A stretch of DNA of 56,323 bases, from the NCBI RefSeq assembly GCF_001194135.2, contig NC_068981.1:98214061-98270383 (forward strand). The letters run 5' to 3'. This document shows, piece after piece, positions 11,853-25,035 of the stretch (its first letter is position 1; every line of letters starts with the position of its first letter). A program made the position numbers and the translations under genes. This stretch comes from Octopus bimaculoides. Taxonomy: Eukaryota. A model generated the notes under the pieces. The model did no database searches. It had not been told where the DNA came from and saw nothing but the letters and a program-made list of their open reading frames with translations.

Positions 11853-12289
11853 TTTTTTTGTGTGTGTTTGTAGTTGTTGAGTGTGTATATGTATATAACC
11901 TCATGCTTGTATGCTTACATATGGTAGTTTGTGTATGCATGATTTTGTACGCATATATAGTTGTATGTATAGCCTTAATATATGATCACACATGTATGCT
12001 TGTTTGTGTGCATATGTATGGTTGCATCTGCATATGTGTGGTTGGATATGCATAAGTATGGTTGCATGTACATGTATGTATATGGTTGTTAGTGGATGCA
12101 AAACAGTGGATCTGCATATATGCATAGCTGTATGTATATTTGTAGGCTTGGGTATGTATCTGTATTATCTATTTTACATCATTAATAAGGTGCATATATT
12201 TGTGTATGTGTGTGTGTGTGTATAAGACAGAGGGAGACAGAGATACAGCATGCTTTCTATATACGTATCTACACTTGCTGATAACCTCT

Positions 12290-12600
12290 TAATACTAGCC
12301 CACCTTCAAACTATCCAAACACTGTTTCTACTGATGTTACTACTACACCGGACCACTTCTCTGTGTAAGCTAAGAACAACCCCTACACCTAATCTTAAGC
12401 TATACACCTGGATGTCCTACTTTCAGTCCATCACCTTCCTATGCAGCGTTATTCTTCCAGGAATACATATTCAACACTTCATCCCAAGCACTTTGTTACT
12501 TACACAAATACCATAGGTTCTCCCCAACTCCTATACACACACAACAGTTTTCTGCACAGTTTCTATCCATCAAATTTACTCAAAACATATTGGTTGGCCA
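12290..12600 (+). mobile_element. Old CR1/L2-like LINE 3' fragment
   Basis: THNSFLHSFYPS resembles the RTNSF.NSFFP motif near CR1/L2 ORF2 C-termini; heavily decayed. Confidence 0.35.
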
Positions 12601-12734
12601 CAGACAACAGAGACACCCACAAACATTTTAGCACCACAGATGGGTTTCATGCAAAACAATTTTCCCATGAACCAGATCACACACATAACAAAACACAAAA
12701 TGCATAATATATAATTTAATTATTATCTTCTACC

Positions 12735-13135
12735 TTTTATTTGTTTCAGTCATTACACTGCAACCATGCTGGGCACCACCTTGAAGGGCTTTTTAGTGAA
12801 ACAAGTCAACTCCAATACTTATGTTTTTTTGGGGTTTTTTTTCAAGCCTGATACTTATTCTATCAGCCCCTTTTGCTGAACTGCTAAAGTTACAGGGATG
12901 TAAACAATCCAACACTGGTTCTCAAGCAGCAGTAGGGAACAAACACAAAGACACACACACATATATACACAATGGGCTTCTTTCTGTTTCCGTCTCACAA
13001 ATCCACTCACAAGGCCTTGATCAACCTGAGGCGATAGTAGAAGACACTTGCCCAAGGTACTACACAATGGAACTGAACCCAGAACCATGTGGTTGAGAAA
13101 CAAGCTTCTTACCACATGGCCATACCTGCACCTAT
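12735..13135 (-). mobile_element. 'Family C' SINE, full length, CCAGCATGG...GAAACAAATAAAAG tail
   Basis: Head GCAGGTATGGCCATGTGGTAAGAAGCTTG...GGGTTCAGTTCC...CCTTGGGCAAGTGTCTTCTACTAT, central (TG)n. Other copies: 2205-2420, 3835-4160, 19093-19275, 29290-29450, 49685-49790 (+); 14150-14325, 18360-18775, 50040-50238 (-). Confidence 0.88.
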
Positions 13136-15315
13136 GTAATATACATATAGACATACACATATAATACATATATAATGCAAAAACACCCTGCAGTCTGAGA
13201 GAGGCAATAAAATAGAAATAAAATTTTAAAATTCATTCTTTCTCACACAGTCCAATATCAAATGACCCACAGCCTGATACTGGTCTGTGTCCCAGTGGTT
13301 AAGGATCCTTATTCTGACCCACACAGTAATACCTATATCAATAGATTTTCAACATGCACATGCATGTATCAAGATTCAAAGTTAAGCTGCATTAATAGCA
13401 AATGTTACATGTTATAACAGAACCACAAAGAGGTTAGTTGGAAACTGGAACAGCACAATAAACCAGTGCATAGAAAATCATGGTTTCTGCCTTTTCTGAA
13501 GACACTGGCTTAGAGCAGATGCAATCCAATGAGGCAGATTTCCGGCAGGTAGATGTCCTTCCTGTTGCCAACTTTCATCAGTGAGATGGCAGAAATGTTA
13601 GCACACTGGGCAAAATGCTTAGCAGTATTTCGTCTGTCTTTATGTTCTGAGTTCAAATTCCACCGAGGTTGACTTTGCCTTTCATCCTTTCAGGGTCAAT
13701 AAATTAAGTCCCAGTTGCTTACTGGGGTTGATCTAATCAATTGCCCCCCCACCTCCCCAAAAATTTCAGGCTTTGTGCCTAGAGTAGAAAAAAAAAATTT
13801 CTAAGTAAGATAATACTTTCCCTTACTCAGAGACATTTACATAGAAGACAGGAAATGAATAACCTCCATGTATATGATGGTAACACTCCCTTACATATCA
13901 TATGATGAGAAGACAAGGAGACACACACAAACACGTGTGTGTGTCTGTGTCTGTGCGCCCGCACGTATAACAATTAATACTGACACACTTTTGTCTCTTT
14001 CCATTTTTTCTCTCTTTCCATTTTTCCCTTTTCTATTGAAGTGTGTAGGTTCAAAACATCAAGGACTTTTCTATTTTTCCCAAGCTTCAAACTAATACAC
14101 CTGCTTCTTGTTCCCTCACCTGTCTCTGTCTTTTGTTTTCTGAACACACACACACACACACACATGATGAGCTGCTTTCAATTTCTGTCTACCAAATCCA
14201 CTTACAAAATTTCAGTCACTATAATAGAAGATGCTTGACCAAGGTTATCACACAGTAGGACTGAACCTGAAACTATGTGGTTGGGAAATGAACTATGTAA
14301 CCACATAGCCATGCCTGCACCTCTCCAAGAATAAAAAGGTTGCAAAACACTGCTCCAGATTTTGAGTTCAAATTCAACTGGGACTGACTTTTCTTTTCAT
14401 CCAAGTATGGTTAATGAAAAATTAACCAGTAAGTATGCTTTGTCAATTTAATCAACTGTATGTGTAGTAAAAGAGATAAGTAGTGTAATTAAGCTTGGCT
14501 AAACTGAACTTTTCTAGTCCCAGTCAGAGCTATTTCATCACTAGCACCTTTATAGCAAAACAAAGAGTGTTAAAATTCACATATCCCATTGCCTTTCTAT
14601 GCAAACCATGCTAATTACTCACTTATGTATACTTCTGATTATGAAAAGTCAAGCAACTATCTTTATCATATTTGCAGCTGGTATGTAAAATGATAATTGG
14701 TTGGTTGGCTGTTGTTTAGCCCCAGGTTTGTCCCAATTAAGTAGGCCTCTGATCAAAGTTGTTCTAGCATCAGCTATCTTGTCATTTTTCAGATATAAAG
14801 TAAATCACATTTTTTAATCACTTTTTTTTTTTTTGTTATAAACGAGAAAATGTGATTACAAGATTTAGCTGCTATCTCTAGTAAACTAAACTACTACATA
14901 AGGGCTTCCTCGTTAGAATGTTGACTATACAAGATAAAACACCCTTTCCAGACTGCAATTTTGTATGACATACAATAAAATTTAGATGTATGCTGAGTAT
15001 AAATCAGTACTCCATTTCCACTTCTCACTGAAGGTCAGGTCCATTATCTGCATGTATTTAACCAGCAAAGGCTTTAATGTTAGATTTAATAAGGCAGCAA
15101 GCTAGCAGAGCCATTAGCACACTGGGCAAAGTGCTTAGTGACATTTTGTCCATCTTTACATTCTGTTGTTCAAATCCCACCAAGGTCGACTTTGCCTTTC
15201 ATCCTTTTGGGGTTGATAAACTAAGTACCAGTTGAACACTGGAGTTGATGTAATCAACTAACCCCAACCCTTGGAATTGTTGGCCTTGTGCCAAAATTTG
15301 AAACCAATATTAGGT

Positions 15316-15520
15316 TTAACCCTTTACCATTCAGATTATTCTGTCATATGTACAGCTTATTTATTCACAATGCTTTGAATTAATCATACATTAACTCAAA
15401 GCGTTGAGAGATCAACAATATGGTTGCTTATTTTTAGAGTGACATTGCGGAGCAGGTGTGAGAAACCAGATCTGGTTAGTTTCAACACAAAACGGGTAGA
15501 ATATTTTGGCTAACCAAATC
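15316..15520 (+). mobile_element. piggyBac-type MITE fragment (TTAA-CCCTTT start); sister copy at 42156-42380
   Basis: Both start TTAACC(C/T)TTT...CATTCAGATTA(T/C)TCTGTC and align along ~200 bp. Confidence 0.7.
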
Positions 15521-16000
15521 CGATGACTGGCACCCATGCCAGTGGAGTGCTAACAGCACCGATCGAGCGTGATCATTGCCAGAGCTACATAAAATACTCC
15601 AGTTTTATCTTTCCATACTAAATGATCAAAGACTCTCCAGCTGTGACCTTCGCATATTTTTAGGGGAGTTTACCTTCTCTACAACACAATACCTGTTTCT
15701 GTCCCTTCATCATACTATAACCTCTCATCACCTGGCACAAAGTCATCTCCCTCAATATTATCCCACCTCAGTTGAGGGGGTTTGTCTTGCAAATTACTTG
15801 ATGACCTTACTGGTGCTGCTGCCACATCAAAAGCACCTTGTACACTCAGTAAAGTGTATGGCATTATGAAGAGAAACCAGGCCAAAGTAGACAATAGAGC
15901 TTGGCGCAATCCTCTGGCTCACCAGCTCCTGTCAAACCATCCAACCCATGCAAACATGGAAAACAACTGTTAAATGGTGATGATATAGGTGATGATGATT
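15520..16000. repeat. Cluster of interspersed-repeat fragments (minus-strand repeat ~15525-15815, then a (GAT)n-tailed 'E' tail ~15815-16000)
   Basis: Similar to 33500-33580 and to the 33820-34000 tail (CAAACCATCCAACCCATGC...GTTAAATGGTGATGAT). Confidence 0.6.
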
Positions 16001-17689
16001 TTCAATGTGTCGTTTCAATATTTAAGATGGTGAGCTGTGATGTGAATGTGTGCTTACTATTTCTAGAAGGTTGAGTGACTATAGAGAAATGCCTACATTC
16101 ATATATGTGTGTGCAAGTTTTATGCTGAGGAATCCTTACTCATCTTCTGCATTAGCTAAAATCTTTATCCCCAGCTTCTGATCACTGACAATTAACCAAC
16201 ATGTTTTTTTCTGTGACAAATTTTCAGAGTTCAACAACTGTTAGAGTCATAGCTTCCCTAGTCTTTTATTCAAGCATAGTGTATCCCAAACTGCATTCTA
16301 GATATTTCCTCCAGTGTGTGTGTGGGGGGGGGGGCGCATGTGTGTGTGTGTGTGTGCGTGCGCATGTGTGTGTGCATTTATGCTTACACTAGAGTACTTG
16401 AGCCATCAATAATGGAGCTATTGTTGAAAAATGAACTTGATGAAACTTGCTAAAGAGAGTACGAGGATGTAAATAAAAATGCCAAAATAACAGAAAAAAA
16501 TACGAAAATTATATTTCTCTTTCCCACATATTATACAGATTAGATTACCTTTAATGTATACAATGTTAGGCAATGATTCATTCAAGTTTCAATACACACA
16601 CACACACACACATTAGCTGTAAAGCTACATAACTCAAGGGCCAAGAGTTTTATGTGTTGCACTTACCAAAAACTTTCTGTGATGTATTTATATTAAGCAT
16701 GAAACAATGGCAGATGAACAAACGTGGATGTGTGTGTGTGAGGGTGGTGCTGAATAGTTCCTAGCTTGCGGTAAAAGAAAATACAGGGGGACCAGTTAAT
16801 TATGATATTTTTTCAACATATTCCTCTCCCAAATTCACACTTATTGCTGTTGTCCTTCAGTTTTTCTAAGCCCTGTCAAAAAACTAAGAAGATTGGGCCA
16901 CCAATCAGGCTTTGTGCAATGTCCTTAATGTCAAGAACTTTTCAGTAACCCTTCGCGCACGCGCGCGCGTGAGAGAGAGAGAGAGAGAGTATGCACACAT
17001 ACTCGAAAAACAAACATACTATTTGGAAAAAAATGTGTCAAATAATCAGGTTAGGCCAGATGAATAATACAAGCATAATGTTTGGCAACAGAACTATTTT
17101 ATGTATGAACACATGAAAAATCCAGACCTATTATAATTTGGTACTAATTATTTCATGATGACTATAAAAAAAAAAAACTAAAGCAAAGCAGTATCTACTC
17201 AGTGAAATTCACCAAGCAATTAAGGTACTGTACTCTGAAAACTAAGGTCATTAATTCAAATCCACTGCATTTGTCATTTCTTTCACTTGTGTGTTCTGGC
17301 AGGAATACTTTATCAAACACACATTCATTTTATCAGCCAATTATTTTGGAATGATTACAAAGAGCCAACATCTTATCTCTTCAATAGAATTCCTGATCTG
17401 TAATTCTTGCAGGTGATAATCTGGTCAAGAGGTTTGGCATCAGACTATTTGCTTTGCAGTATTTGTTCTAACTCTCTGGACAGTGAGTTCAAATAACGCT
17501 AAGGTCAACCTTACTTTTCATCCTTTTTTGGCATCAATAAATAATGTACCAGTCATGTACTGGAATCAATTTGGAGGCAGAAGGGTACCACGAGATCTAA
17601 AAATGCCAAAAAAATATATGACCAATGACATAGCTAGAGTGTGTGCTCCTCAGGGCAACCCTTGAGTTCATGCCTCACCTCCCTATACA

Positions 17690-17950
17690 GACTTATACAG
17701 CAGGCTTCAAAGTGCCTTTCCCCCATAAAAGCATTGCCTGGGGAAGACCACCTTCATTGCCCTACCTCCCACCAGCTATGCTAGTGCAAATGTCACAACA
17801 GTACTCTTAAGACTCCTTCAAGATTTGAAACCCCATAGCTATAACTATGGCCAATTCTCCATGGACAGATTCATCTTTCATTTGCTTAAAACCTTGAATA
17901 CCTTAGAACCCATCAGGACTTAAAACAAAGTTACACTCCATCACAAACAT
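17690..17950 (+). mobile_element. Possible very old CR1/L2-like 3' fragment
   Basis: PHSYNYGQFSMDRFIFHLLKTLNTL loosely matches the SH...R..F..SFI..T..LWN.L tail motif. Confidence 0.25.
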
Positions 17951-18066
17951 AGTCTATTTTTGTTTTCTATTCATTAACATGAGGTGAAGGGGTGGTGCAA
18001 AATGTCTTTTTTTACATGCTTTTCAAGATTGGTTACATCAGGATAACAGGGTGAAGTTAATATGGT

Positions 18067-18287
18067 TTAACGCTTCTGATACCACCCTTGGTTGATTATG
18101 CAAATTTCCTGATTAAAAGTAATCCAACTTAAAAAATCTTCCATCAAATTTTCATGTTAATTTATATTCATAACACCAGTTTAATAGTGACAAAGGTATT
18201 ATACTAAATTCTTCATTGTTTTAAAAAATAATTGAAATTAAAGACAGTGTATTTCAATAAAAATATAGTAAAAAAAAAAAGGTTTAA
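18067..18287 (-). mobile_element. TTAA-flanked MITE related to the piggyBac terminus at 2557
   Basis: TTAA at 18067-18070 and 18284-18287. The reverse complement resembles the sequence following 2561 (...ATATTT...AAATACAC...TTTCAATTA...AATTTAGT). Confidence 0.6.
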
Positions 18288-18562
18288 TATTCAGAGTGAA
18301 ATGATTTTGATGTCTGCGATTAGAAAGAAAACAGCAAAGGCAAGGAAGTTACAGAAGTTGTAGATACCTTTTATTTGTTTTAGGCATAAGACTGCGACCA
18401 TGCTGGAGCACCACCTTGAAGAACATTTAGTCGACTGAATTGACCCCAATACTTATTTTTTTTTATAAGCCAGATACTTATTCTATCGGTCTCTTTTGCT
18501 GAACTGCTAATTTACAGGGATGTAAACACACCAGCACTGGTTGTCAAGCGATGGTGAGGGGA

Positions 18563-18604
<42 letters not shown>

Positions 18605-19240
18605 ACAGGCTCCTTTCAGTTTCCACCTATTTCCACGTACCAAATCCACTCACAAGGCTTTGGTCAGCCCCAAGGATATATATAGTAGAAGACACTTGCC
18701 AAGGTACCACACAGTCAGACTGAACCTGGAACCATGTGGTTGGGAAACAATCTTCTTGCCACACAGTCACACCTGAATGATTCATAAGATGCTAAGGCTG
18801 ACTCAATTCAACAATGCGAACTTCTAGATATATATAATTTTCCAGAATAAAATTTAAATGTTTTTAATTCAAACTTCAGACAAGTAAATATTTCGCTTCT
18901 TTATAAGAAGTAAACTAACTAAATAAATAAATACATATGTGCATGCATACATCTGGATGGTAAACTGGTGGAATTGTTAAAGTATGGAACAAAAACAAAA
19001 CAGTTTTGTTTTCACTCTCTATATTTGGAATTCAAATTGCACCAAGATGAAATTTGCATTCCATTTTTTTTTCTTTTTTTTTTTTAGTATAAGCATGACT
19101 GTGTGGTTAAGAAACTTTGCAATCATGTGGTTTCAGTTCAGTCCCACCATGTGGCACCTTGGGCAAGTGTCTTCTACTATAGCCCCTGATCAACCAATAT
19201 CTTGAGAGTGAATTTGGTAAATGAAAATTGCATGGAATCC

Positions 19241-19275
<35 letters not shown>

Positions 19276-20080
19276 NNNNNNNNNNNNNNNNNNNNNNNNN
19301 NNNNNNNNNNNNNNNNNNNNNNNNNNNNNNNNNNNNNNNNNNNNNNNNNNNNNNNNNNNNNNNNNNNNNNNNNNNNNNNNNNNNNNNNNNNNNNNNNNNN
19401 NNNNNNNNNNNNNNNNNNNNNNNNNNNNNNNNNNNNNNNNNNNNNNNNNNNNNNNNNNNNNNNNNNNNNNNNNNNNNNNNNNNNNNNNNNNNNNNNNNNN
19501 NNNNNNNNNNNNNNNNNNNNNNNNNNNNNNNNNNNNNNNNNNNNNNNNNNNNNNNNNNNNNNNNNNNNNNNNNNNNNNNNNNNNNNNNNNNNNNNNNNNN
19601 NNNNNNNNNNNNNNNNNNNNNNNNNNNNNNNNNNNNNNNNNNNNNNNNNNNNNNNNNNNNNNNNNNNNNNNNNNNNNNNNNNNNNNNNNNNNNNNNNNNN
19701 NNNNNNNNNNNNNNNNNNNNNNNNNNNNNNNNNNNNNNNNNNNNNNNNNNNNNNNNNNNNNNNNNNNNNNNNNNNNNNNNNNNNNNNNNNNNNNNNNNNN
19801 NNNNNNNNNNNNNNNNNNNNNNNNNNNNNNNNNNNNNNNNNNNNNNNNNNNNNNNNNNNNNNNNNNNNNNNNNNNNNNNNNNNNNNNNNNNNNNNNNNNN
19901 NNNNNNNNNNNNNNNNNNNNNNNNNNNNNNNNNNNNNNNNNNNNNNNNNNNNNNNNNNNNNNNNNNNNNNNNNNNNNNNNNNNNNNNNNNNNNNNNNNNN
20001 NNNNNNNNNNNNNNNNNNNNNNNNNNNNNNNNNNNNNNNNNNNNNNNNNNNNNNNNNNNNNNNNNNNNNNNNNNNNNNNN
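19276..20080. other. Assembly gap (others: 2128-2137, 2926-3110, 20734-21464, 26935-27656)
   Basis: N runs, mostly abutting microsatellites or transposons. Confidence 1.
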
Positions 20081-20200
20081 GAAGGAAGGAAGGAAGGAAG
20101 GAAGGAAGGAAGGAAGGAAGGAAGGAAGGAAGGAAGGAAAGGCAGGTAGACAGGTAGATAGACAGATAGGTAGACAGATAGGTAGACAGATAGGTAGACA
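20081..20200. repeat. Compound tetranucleotide microsatellite (GAAG)n then (AGGT/AGAC/AGAT)n
   Basis: Directly visible after the gap. Confidence 0.95.
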
Positions 20201-20364
20201 GGTTAGAGAAGGAAACTTTTTCATGAAGCAGGATTATTAAATCAAGCAATTTAAGATATTGACATAAAAGCATTTTCAGAAAAACGAACTTCTAAGATTA
20301 CTGGAATTCCAGTTTCATCTAAATTTCAGCAAGATGACTTATAAACTTATGAATCTATAACATA

Positions 20365-20390
20365 TCTATATATATAAAAATGAGAATGTG

Positions 20391-20449
<59 letters not shown>

Positions 20450-21764
20450 GTGAATCCCTAAAACTCGAGAACTACGCAACCAATTTCATTCAAATTTTAC
20501 ACATGCCTTACTTAGGGTTCCAGTTGTGTTTTAGTCAAAAAAAATTATTAACTTCTTGCAGAGTTCGAGCACACGGCAACATAATATCTCCTCCACTATT
20601 TAAGTATTACGTGTCAAAAGTGAAACAAAAACACTCATGTCAAATACTTTCACTTTAAAAATGAAACTATTCCACTAACTGAAACAATCACATTTCGATA
20701 CTGTAGTGACAGATACTTTCACAAAGAGAGAAANNNNNNNNNNNNNNNNNNNNNNNNNNNNNNNNNNNNNNNNNNNNNNNNNNNNNNNNNNNNNNNNNNN
20801 NNNNNNNNNNNNNNNNNNNNNNNNNNNNNNNNNNNNNNNNNNNNNNNNNNNNNNNNNNNNNNNNNNNNNNNNNNNNNNNNNNNNNNNNNNNNNNNNNNNN
20901 NNNNNNNNNNNNNNNNNNNNNNNNNNNNNNNNNNNNNNNNNNNNNNNNNNNNNNNNNNNNNNNNNNNNNNNNNNNNNNNNNNNNNNNNNNNNNNNNNNNN
21001 NNNNNNNNNNNNNNNNNNNNNNNNNNNNNNNNNNNNNNNNNNNNNNNNNNNNNNNNNNNNNNNNNNNNNNNNNNNNNNNNNNNNNNNNNNNNNNNNNNNN
21101 NNNNNNNNNNNNNNNNNNNNNNNNNNNNNNNNNNNNNNNNNNNNNNNNNNNNNNNNNNNNNNNNNNNNNNNNNNNNNNNNNNNNNNNNNNNNNNNNNNNN
21201 NNNNNNNNNNNNNNNNNNNNNNNNNNNNNNNNNNNNNNNNNNNNNNNNNNNNNNNNNNNNNNNNNNNNNNNNNNNNNNNNNNNNNNNNNNNNNNNNNNNN
21301 NNNNNNNNNNNNNNNNNNNNNNNNNNNNNNNNNNNNNNNNNNNNNNNNNNNNNNNNNNNNNNNNNNNNNNNNNNNNNNNNNNNNNNNNNNNNNNNNNNNN
21401 NNNNNNNNNNNNNNNNNNNNNNNNNNNNNNNNNNNNNNNNNNNNNNNNNNNNNNNNNNNNNNNNGAGTGGGCAGCAACAAAAACCTATTTGTATATGCTC
21501 CACAAGGGAAAACAAGGAACATAGTTTACAATGAGGTGTTATAATCACAACAGCAAGAAAGCATGTACATGATCACCTTCTTTTACGAAACTTCATTGAC
21601 TTTCATATATTTATATTGATATATATATATATATATATATATACGTGTGTTTGGGTGCGTGTGTGTATATACATCTCTATATATAAAGATGATGCGTAGT
21701 CTAGACGGCGTTTTTAGATTTCATTATTCTCTTTAACCCGGGCAACGCCGGGTATTTCTGCTAG
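20365..21764 (+). mobile_element. Non-autonomous Helitron spanning a gap
   Basis: A|TC 5' end (TCTATATATATAAAAATGAG, then (CTGT)n). After the gap, helicase C-terminus VGSNKNLFVYAPQGKTRNIVYNEVL* (21467-21544). 3' hairpin CCCGGGCAACGCCGGG, then CTAG|T at 21761-21765. Confidence 0.85.
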
Positions 21765-22240
21765 TAATGTAATAAAGTTTTGACTAGTGTCATATTTTTA
21801 TATTATAAAATATTTTATATTTATTCTGTCAACAAATAATACCTATATCAAACTGCTTACTTTCATATCATGTACAGGCAACAAATTGACATGAAAAAAA
21901 TTTGACTCTGTAATTTCTACTTTCAAACAGAAATATTTCTGCTACAGACTTATGTTAATTCTTCCAAACTAACTGCTAAATTATAAAGTAGGAAGTTCTA
22001 AGCAAGCAGCTTATTACCAATGAAGACGATTATATAATGAACCAGTATTATTATTTATTAAAGGGTAGATTTAAAACAAAAAATATCAACCTAGACTAAC
22101 CAATCATCAGTAAATGGCTTAAAGCTTACAAAGCAAAATGGAAAAAAAAAAAGAACAAACTAATGAGGTAGGAACATAAGATAAAGAAGGAAAAAAATGT
22201 TTCCTTCAAACCATTTACAATAGAGAAAATAACTTGTGTG

Positions 22241-22276
<36 letters not shown>

Positions 22277-22314
22277 TAAATAGAGAGATATATACACATA
22301 TACATAAACACATG

Positions 22315-22348
<34 letters not shown>

Positions 22349-22429
22349 CATGTACACACACATGTATATGTTTGTATATATGTGTGCGTATGTAGGTGGA
22401 TGCGTGTGGATATATAAGTGTGTGTATGC

Positions 22430-22468
<39 letters not shown>

Positions 22469-22812
22469 CGTTGACATCATAAGAATTTAGAAACTTCAAG
22501 AGAATGTGAAATAATCTTTATTTCACATTCTCATAAAGTTTATGAATTTTTTATGATGTCAATAACATACAATTCTCACTGGTAAGCATAAAGTTTCTAA
22601 AAGGGACAGAGAAATTCAAAGAATTGCTTTGATCCAATGCTGGAAGATCTGTCATGTTTTCAGATGTGGGTTGATTCTCATCGACAGCCTTTGACCTTTT
22701 CTATCCAAAGCGTCTTCTAACATAATATTTTCAAGTTATTATAACTTTATCTGCTTCAAGTTTCACCATTCCAAAATGGAATTGCAAAAATATATAATTA
22801 TCATCATGATTT

Positions 22813-23020
22813 AACATCCACTTTTCAATGCTTGCATGGGTCAGATGGAATTTGTTCTGGCAGATTTTCCACAGCTGGATGTCTTTTCCCATTACCAATC
22901 TTCATCTGTTTCCAAGGTAGTATTTCCTCATAACTGTATGTTTTCAAAGAGGACTGGAAACTAAGGAAATCACTAACGTGATAGTGATATTTGTTTACAG
23001 TTATCACATGAAGTCAAGGC
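22813..23020 (-). mobile_element. SINE 3' part with 'E'-type (GAT)n tail
   Basis: Aligns with 24655-24830(-) and 43590-43735(+). Confidence 0.75.
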
Positions 23021-23036
23021 AAGGTGAAAATAACAT

Positions 23037-23101
<65 letters not shown>

Positions 23102-23140
23102 CATATATATACATGCATACATATATTTACACAAATATAT

Positions 23141-23415
23141 CAGGTCATCCTGTAAGTTCTGTCTGATTTTACATTTTTTTAAATTGAATGAAATTTAATA
23201 GTATTTTAGAATGTCTAATGGAATTAAAAATTATTTTTATGCATTTGTGTACATTTAAACTAATTAAATATTATTTTACAAAACTAGAATTAAAATTCCT
23301 TTGATTAAAACCCTTTCTAACATCGAAGTATCCAAAGAGCATTTAAGGCACATAATACTTTATGAGTACAAAAAAGGAAACTCTGCAGCCAAAGCGACTC
23401 GAAACATACACTCAG
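23141..23415 (+). mobile_element. mariner (Mos1-like) 5' fragment: terminus plus transposase N-terminal HTH
   Basis: Begins CAGGTCATCCTGTAAGTTCTGTC; encodes EVSKEHLRHIILYEYKKGNSAAKATRNIHS; truncated thereafter. Confidence 0.85.
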
Positions 23416-24144
23416 GTTATCCTTTACCCTTTATATGTATGTACACACACAAACACATATATACATGTGCATGCACACACAAAACAGACTTCTTTCAGAT
23501 TCCATCAACCAAATCTACTCAGAAGGCTTCAGTAATAAGTTTTCTTTCACAACAAAGGGATTCCTCAAATCCAACAACCTATCTTAGCAGGACTATTTAC
23601 TGAATCATTCTCATTCTACATGTGATGAGTTTACTTAACAATGAATTCACTGGTATTCAAACAAGCTGTTTATTTGAAAAACACATTAGAAAGTAGCAGC
23701 AGTAGTGGTTTAATAAACTCTCAGTTATTTGTTAGCATTTGTTGTAAACCTAAGAGATTTGTATACTAATATTTTAAATACAAATTCAACAGTAAAATAC
23801 TACAAAAAAAAAAATGCTAAATGAACAGCCATATACAAACTTAGAGACCCATGGGATGAAATATAAGCATCTCAAGATGCAGCTTTCTATAAAATCTCTA
23901 GAAAGTCGCAAAATAAATGTTAAGTAAATCAGGTCACATATGGAAAGTATGTTCAACAATGAGAACTTGTTTAAAATGAAAATTTTACAGAGATAACATG
24001 TGAGAAGTAGCATGTTTTAATGGTTAGAGAAAGATGCAAAGGACTTTGCAGGTACAGTATCATAATGTTCTGATAGTAATAAGTTCATATGCATTAGGCT
24101 GAGTTAAATGAAGCCTACACTAATCTCAGTTCTCAAATAATTGA

Positions 24145-24623
24145 CAATGGGAGAGACTGAAAAAGGTAAGACTCTACCCCCTAGAACAAAGGCAGGAAAG
24201 ATATGCAGTGATATACATCTGGAAAATCCTTAGGAGTTGTACCAAACTTTGGTTACGCAAACAGCAGAGTGGGGCACCACTGCATAGTACCAAAAATCTC
24301 AACATTGCCATCAGGACATAGGATATTGCAACAGCTTGGATTTCAGGGGCCCACAGCTCTTCAATATCCTCCCAAGAAAACCTGAGAGACCTACATGGGG
24401 TGGATGTAGGCATCTTCAAAACAAAAGTGGATCTCCTCTTATCAAGAGTTCCAGATGAACCTTGCAGCAAGAAATGCAGATGAGGGCAGCAACATCAGAC
24501 TCCCTTGTTCACCAAATGCCTCATATCAGAGGAGGCTTCAAGTAATGAAAGTGTAGCAGAGCTAACAGTGGTGCCCCAGCATGGCCCCAGCTCTCAAACT
24601 GAAACTAGTAAAGAAAGAAAGAA
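24145..24623 (+). mobile_element. CR1-like LINE 3' end (ORF2 C-terminus, 3' UTR, (AAGA)n tail)
   Basis: Across frameshifts: WERLKKVRLYPLEQRQERYAVIYIWKIL...YCNSLDFRGPQLFNILP..NLRDLHGVDVGIFKTKVDLLLSRVPDEP...RAATSDSLVHQM. Confidence 0.85.
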
Positions 24624-24654
24624 TACTCAGATGCATAAATAATTATTATATCAT

Positions 24655-25035
24655 CATTTAATCTCCACTTCTCCATGCTTGCATGGGTCAGATGGAATTT
24701 GTTGAGGCAGATTTTCCATGGCTGGATGCCCATCAAGTTGCCATACCACACCTGTTCCCAAGCAAGGTAATATTTTCCCATAGCTAGACAATTTTTTTCC
24801 CATGGAAAACTGATGTTCATTTATAATCATCATACAATGCCCAGAGAAAGGTGTTCACAAACACACACACACACATAATGGGCTTCTTTCAGTTTCTGTC
24901 TATCAAATCCACACACAAAAATTTTGGTCAACTTGGAGCTATAGTAGAAGACCAAAGCGCCATGCAGTGGAAATGAACCCAAGACCACATAGTTGGGAAG
25001 CAAGCTTCTCAACCAAACATACATGCCTTCATGTA
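24655..25035 (-). mobile_element. SINE with Family C head and 'E'-type (GAT)n tail
   Basis: Family C head (GGTTGAGAAGCTTGCTTCCCAAC...TCTTCTACTATAGC); tail CATCTGACCCATGCAAGCATGG...TTAAATGATGAT. Same type at 33635-34000(+) and 43360-43735(+). Confidence 0.82.
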
